Source: a virus
Lineage: Duplodnaviria; Caudoviricetes
IMG/VR virus record: IMGVR_UViG_3300049828_000292
Span: 5,349-69,348 of that record
Length of the DNA: 64,000 nt
Direction: 5' to 3' (one strand)
This document shows, in pieces, positions 61,101 through 64,000 of the stretch; the first letter of the stretch is position 1; the number at the start of each line of letters is the position of its first letter. The notes below the pieces were generated by a model. The model was given only the letters and a program-made list of their open reading frames with translations, did no database searches and had not been told where the DNA came from. Made by a program: the position numbers and the translations under genes.

Positions 61101-61332
61101 GTTCGACGAGGTCGGCCGCCTGGTGGCCGATGCGCTGATCAGGGTGGTGATGATGGCGAACGTGCAGCTGGCCGGCGTGGTGCGGGCTGAGCTCGAGGTG
61201 GACGAGGCGATCGAAGGCGAGCCGGTCGAGTACCTGGCGCTGTTCGGCGTGGTCGGTTCGTTCACGCCGCTGGTCGGCGAGGTCTCGATCCGCCCGCTGA
61301 CGGGCGATCCCGACGAAGGAAAGATTCGATGA
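58195..61332 (+). CDS. 1045-aa Ala/Thr/Ser-rich repeat fibre (stalk) with two aromatic paired-repeat modules
   Basis: ~21-23-aa TATASSTA..W/F/V.K/RA..R repeats; LDWGCWG x2 and DYAHHG x2. Confidence 0.8.
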   Translation: MSLTPVTSLDWGCWGEPYCNLGTNTYTLDWGCWGQPYTTEAIVGAYTATWTTSSASTTFWIKGYSYVLTATVTAVATRNLLASAIRVASGTATATLSKRAQLVRQATASAASATWSTARSLVRALATATAGSTATLQRATALIRSATSTATLPALLKAARRTITATAVTSTASWGKARTVVKTITATAAASTATVKRAAQRIVSATGSATVPALLKAANRKWTTATASSTATWSTLKTFLRTLTATAATSTATFRRAVQLVRSATGASAASIKRDVVLRLAAATAASTALFVKLAHRILTLATASHTQTWTSLKVLLRAWSTATASSTATVKRAVQAVRTASSGSTGTFLKAATRTLAAATAASSALLVRQAQLVRTAAHGAAIATWAGARAYLRTLTATASSTLVWVKAAALVRAASSSATASAQRAAGKALTVTSSATVSVQRAVALIRAATASSVSTWERVVGVFYRTLTATASSSASAAKLVSTTIVATASASASLVRSVVSALTTAAASVGAFVKAASTTIGTSAGATATFSVGRLFVRTWEAVSTAVATWAGQFTAAPTPSTSEKMRGIDYAHHGAPFVMLGADTFTLDYAHHGTPYLAVGGPQTFMQTLTATATSVASFIKDVMISIAAAGSAAAEFVKQAQLVLAALGTTVTEWRLPGYFYLTVSTVSEATATWARAVAASLAAVGESVGSFVKAASITRFMTGAPAAALVRFGRFVQVTATAGSVATLVRQAQKIASTVSSAIASSTQHAIVTLYLALSATASSVGSIGRAVSKVWLAGGITFSSFGKAITWQMLAAVAGSAGAWNKRARIALAQATAGATASVRRGAGRVVAASASNAATALKSARLVRAAAVTDFARAEISRQARKVVAATSVATATWLTQVYRLYRATLSAASAGAASVTKQAQLVRSALGAHSVSLTRQVQLGWVYASAAVVVLRKAVTVTWQPAIGRHLALWFTPFDEVGRLVADALIRVVMMANVQLAGVVRAELEVDEAIEGEPVEYLALFGVVGSFTPLVGEVSIRPLTGDPDEGKIR

Positions 61333-61652
61333 GCACTGTGCGCACCCTCTACATCGGCAACACGAACGCACTCGAGCTGGCGGCCCTGCGCAACCAGGTC
61401 ACGGGCGAGGTCGCGAATGCGGCCACGGTCACCTGCACGCTGAAGGACACGGCGGGCAATGCGGTGGCGGGCGAGACCTGGCCCCTGGCGATGGCGTATG
61501 TGCCAGGGTCGGAGGGCCTGTACCGCTGCTACCTGGTGAGCACGCTGCCACTCACGCCCGAGGCGCGCTACGTTGCCGAGGTCACGGCCACGGTGAGCGG
61601 CTCGCTGATCGGCAAGTGGCTGCTCGATGTCGTCGCGAAGACAAGGAAGTGA
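61329..61652 (+). CDS. Ig-like/BppU-like small structural protein
   Basis: ATVTCTLKD..G...G.Y...L......Y.AEVTAT beta-sandwich pattern. Confidence 0.65.
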   Translation: MSTVRTLYIGNTNALELAALRNQVTGEVANAATVTCTLKDTAGNAVAGETWPLAMAYVPGSEGLYRCYLVSTLPLTPEARYVAEVTATVSGSLIGKWLLDVVAKTRK

Positions 61653-61657
61653 AGCCG

Positions 61658-61834
61658 ATGCTCGACTGGTTCTATCGGACTCGGCATGCGATGTGCGCCA
61701 CGCCTGGCACCTTCTGGGTGCGGGTGGCGGATCAGTTCATCGTCGACTGCCACTGCTGCACCTTCTGGCGCGGTATGCTGATCGGCGGATTGTCGGGGGC
61801 GCTCTGCGGTGTGATGATCGCCCTCATCGGTTAA
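61658..61834 (+). CDS. small Cys-rich membrane protein
   Basis: DCHCCTFWRG followed by a hydrophobic helix; start re-called at 61658. Confidence 0.6.
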   Translation: MLDWFYRTRHAMCATPGTFWVRVADQFIVDCHCCTFWRGMLIGGLSGALCGVMIALIG

Positions 61835-61835
61835 T

Positions 61836-61917
61836 GGTCGAGTAAGGGCGTGAGCGGTTGCCTCCGGTAACGCCCAGCGCACCTCGGTGCGGGAGCGACC
61901 TCCCCTTTCCCTGGGAG
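61836..61917 (+). ncRNA. candidate structured RNA (multi-way junction plus RBS-sequestering hairpin)
   Basis: GGTCG/CGACC, GGGCGT/ACGCCC, CGCAC/GTGCG and CTCCC/GGGAG helices fill the intergenic gap. Confidence 0.5.
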
Positions 61918-61922
61918 AAGCA

Positions 61923-62219
61923 ATGGCGAAAGTCACAGTCGTACTGAGCGTCGCAACGCGGTCCTTCCCGGCCGGTACGCAAGCGGGCCCGATGCGGGTC
62001 ACGCTGACGAACAGCGCCGGCGAGTCGGTGTTCCTCGAGGGCGACGAGTCCTCGTTCGTGTTCGACAACGTGGCGCCTGGCGACTACCTGGTCGGCGCCG
62101 GCCGTCTGGACGCCGCCGGCCAGCCCCTGGGTGACGCGATCACGCAGGCAGTCACGGTGGCGCCGTCGGCCGTGGACATCACGGTGCCGGTCAGCATGGT
62201 GGTGCAGACCACGCCGTGA
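61923..62219 (+). CDS. Ig/FN3-like virion decoration protein
   Basis: SFVFDNVAPGDYLV motif; ATG 61923 after the GGGAG RBS. Confidence 0.7.
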   Translation: MAKVTVVLSVATRSFPAGTQAGPMRVTLTNSAGESVFLEGDESSFVFDNVAPGDYLVGAGRLDAAGQPLGDAITQAVTVAPSAVDITVPVSMVVQTTP

Positions 62220-62320
62220 AGAAGCTGAAGGAGAAGATCCGCAAGCTGGTGATGCGGATCTCTCGCAAGCGGGTGAAGGTGAAGGTGCCGGTCGAGATGG
62301 AAGTCTGGATCGGGAAATGA
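62216..62320 (+). CDS. 34-aa basic peptide (VKKLKEKIRKLVMRISRKRVKVKVP...)
   Basis: GTGA overlap; ends at the terminator. Confidence 0.5.
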   Translation: MKKLKEKIRKLVMRISRKRVKVKVPVEMEVWIGK

Positions 62321-62342
62321 AAGGGGCGCCGTAGCGCCCCTT
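62321..62342. terminator. bidirectional terminator between convergent operons
   Basis: AAGGGGCGC-CGTA-GCGCCCCTT. Confidence 0.7.
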
Positions 62343-62343
62343 G

Positions 62344-62520
62344 TTACTTGAGCTTCGGGCCTCGTGTGCCTGGCTTGATCTCGAAGTCAGCTGGGATCTG
62401 CCAGGCTCGCCCGGCCACGAGCTTCGCGCCCTTGATGCGGCGCTGCTTGCACAGGATCTGCACGCGGCGCTCGCTGACGCCCAGGATGACGGCGGCTTCC
62501 CTGGTGGTGATCGTCATCAT
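62344..62520 (-). CDS. HTH_17/excisionase-like DNA-binding protein, not in ORF track
   Basis: TTREAAVILGVSERRVQILCKQRRIKGAK...W.IP winged-HTH pattern. Confidence 0.75.
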   Translation of the reverse strand: MMTITTREAAVILGVSERRVQILCKQRRIKGAKLVAGRAWQIPADFEIKPGTRGPKLK

Positions 62521-62807
62521 GGCGCCCTCGCTTTCCTGATCGCCTCGGCGGCCGCGCTTTCCGACACTGCCTCGTCGAAGGACTTCTCGACCGACTTCGA
62601 GGCGAGGACCGCGGCCACCATGAACTGCTCGACGTTGATGCCGAGTCCCTTCGCCAGGATGGCGGCGGCCCCCAGCATCGAGGCCATCAGTGCGGCCGCG
62701 TGCAGGGCTGGCTCGGGGGCGCTCATCGCAGCGCCGACGATCGGGTCGAGCTGCTGGTCGTAGTACAGGAACAGACCCATTGCCTTGATGCGTGCCTGGT
62801 CGCTCAT
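62517..62807 (-). CDS. hypothetical helical protein
   Basis: GGAGGC RBS with ATG 62807. Confidence 0.65.
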   Translation of the reverse strand: MSDQARIKAMGLFLYYDQQLDPIVGAAMSAPEPALHAAALMASMLGAAAILAKGLGINVEQFMVAAVLASKSVEKSFDEAVSESAAAEAIRKARAP

Positions 62808-63073
62808 GCTGCCTCCTTCGGCGTGATCCAGTCGAGGTACGCCTTCGGCGAGCCCCAGGCGTTCGACGGGACTTCGTTGTAGATGAAGGCCACGATCGCC
62901 GGCAGGTTGCGCAGGTTGTCGCTGTCTGCGTGGCCGCAAGCGTCGGACAGGTTGTTCTCCAGGCAAGCCTGGAGGAAGCCGCCGACTGGCGTGTGGGAGT
63001 AGGCGTAACTCCTGAGCGCGTCGATCATCTCGGCGCGGGCCAGGAACTCGTTGAAACGATAGCCTTCTGTCAT
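62804..63073 (-). CDS. conserved phage protein (GGFL.A.L.N.L..A...AD..N...L.AIV...P..AWGS family)
   Basis: Familiar motif; GGAGGC RBS with ATG 63073. Confidence 0.75.
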   Translation of the reverse strand: MTEGYRFNEFLARAEMIDALRSYAYSHTPVGGFLQACLENNLSDACGHADSDNLRNLPAIVAFIYNEVPSNAWGSPKAYLDWITPKEAA

Positions 63074-63084
63074 GGTGCCTCCGG

Positions 63085-63297
63085 TCAAAGGTTGCGAACG
63101 ATGATCTCGTTCTTGAGCGCGTTGTTCTCCTTGCGCCCCAGATCGAACTTGTAGGAGTCCTGGGCTGCCATCCAGAACCAGTTGCGCAGGTGCCGGCCGT
63201 CCCACTCTTCGGGCGCCTCCGGCAGCTTCTTGAGCAGGTGTGCCTGCAGGTCACGGGCGTAGGCTCGGATCAGCTCGGCTTGCTGTTCGCGTGTCAT
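63085..63297 (-). CDS. hypothetical protein
   Basis: ATGA overlap; start re-called. Confidence 0.65.
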   Translation of the reverse strand: MTREQQAELIRAYARDLQAHLLKKLPEAPEEWDGRHLRNWFWMAAQDSYKFDLGRKENNALKNEIIVRNL

Positions 63298-63485
63298 AGA
63301 TCCCTCGGGTTCGTGAACACACGGGCGATGGCGAGGCGCACCGCCCGCTCGTAGTGCTCGCGGCCGACGGGCACTGCCCTCGGGCAGCGCCCGGCCGTGT
63401 ACATGTTCGCGGCGTGCTTCCAGGTGTCGAGCCAGCGGTACAGCGGCCGGCCGCACGTCATGCACACGAGCTTGCTCTTGCTCAT
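63294..63485 (-). CDS. small Zn-finger-like protein (CMTCG...H...C)
   Basis: GAGGC RBS with ATG 63485. Confidence 0.6.
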   Translation of the reverse strand: MSKSKLVCMTCGRPLYRWLDTWKHAANMYTAGRCPRAVPVGREHYERAVRLAIARVFTNPRDL

Positions 63486-63760
63486 GGGTGCCTCGCCGCG
63501 GGTGGCGTGAACCCGTCCGTGCCCGCCTTGAAGCCGGTGAAGCGCCGGCCATCGTGGGCGAGCTCGTCCCAGTGCCCCATCGAGTCGCGGTAGAAGATGC
63601 GCCGGTGGGGGCCGTAGTCGTCGATGATCCGCTCGACCACCTGCTCGGCGCCGTTCGTGACGCTGGGCGCCTCGATGTCGTCGTCCAGGTCGACCAGGAA
63701 GACGGGGTCTTCGTAGGTCTCGCCGGAGCTGACTACGCGGAAGCTCGGTAACCGTTTCAT
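63482..63760 (-). CDS. conserved phage protein (SVTN.AE.V...RI.YRDS.G.WDEL.H...F.GF family)
   Basis: Familiar motif; GGAGGC RBS with ATG 63760. Confidence 0.75.
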   Translation of the reverse strand: MKRLPSFRVVSSGETYEDPVFLVDLDDDIEAPSVTNGAEQVVERIIDDYGPHRRIFYRDSMGHWDELAHDGRRFTGFKAGTDGFTPPAARHP

Positions 63761-64000
63761 GCTGCCTCCTTGATGACGCACTTCTCGAGGTCGGCGTCAT
63801 GGATGTAGTGGGTGTCGCGCTGGTGCTGCTCGAGCCACTCGAGGGCGGCCCGGGCGGCGCGGTCGAAGTCCGCCGGGGCGACGCACAGCCAGCGCTTGAC
63901 CATGAAGCAGTTCGTGGACTGGCTGCCGTTCTGCCTGGACTTGATGCCCAGCGGCCGCAGCACTTCCTTGCGGAAGCGCTGGAGCTCGGCGAGCACGGCG
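63757..64000 (-). CDS. hypothetical protein, 5' end beyond the window
   Basis: Open frame running to the window edge. Confidence 0.6.
   Translation of the reverse strand, partial: AVLAELQRFRKEVLRPLGIKSRQNGSQSTNCFMVKRWLCVAPADFDRAARAALEWLEQHQRDTHYIHDADLEKCVIKEAA

Noticed and set aside
61836-61917. Identification as a ZMP/ZTP (pfl) riboswitch
   Set aside because: It shares GGUCG...GGGAGCGACC and a 3' hairpin, but lacks the UGACUGGCG/CGCCU pseudoknot and has an extra helix, and the downstream gene is unrelated to purine metabolism. Kept only as an unknown structured RNA.
1-64000. tRNA, tmRNA, CRISPR array, intron/intein or IS element
   Set aside because: No cloverleaf with TTCGA/TPsiC arm context, no regularly spaced repeat array, and no HINT, RT or transposase motifs were seen by eye.

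Overview
A GC-rich dsDNA tailed bacteriophage (Caudoviricetes), apparently near-complete. It is probably podovirus-like: there is a P22-type portal, an N4-gp56-like major capsid protein, adaptor/nozzle proteins and large ejection proteins, and no recognisable tape measure or sheath. Layout: (i) a leftward cluster of tiny early genes behind a canonical sigma70 promoter at both ends of the window (1-1285 and 62344-64000), probably contiguous on a circular map; (ii) a rightward packaging, head, tail and lysis operon (1.3-44.6 kb) that includes an FkbM methyltransferase, a methyltransferase-GT9 fusion, and 999-aa and 2879-aa polyvalent ejection proteins with about five ADP-ribosyltransferase-like domains; (iii) a leftward recombination arm (YqaJ-RecT); (iv) a lambdoid rightward arm (Cro-like, DUF1376 initiator with iterons, Q-like protein, pR'/tR'-like unit) leading into a separate adsorption-fibre module (52.8-62.3 kb). 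No integrase, CI repressor, ParA/ParB, tRNA, CRISPR or reverse transcriptase was seen. Most unusual signals: a host-type parS next to a perfect DnaA box just upstream of terS; small +1-frame genes nested in the linkers of both giant toxin-bearing proteins; a structured late RNA whose hairpin is complementary to early-gene ribosome-binding sites; a candidate virion glycosylation/methylation module; and a fibre stalk with two co-varying docking-like motifs beside two paralogous receptor-binding proteins. All family assignments come from motif recognition by eye; no database searches were run.
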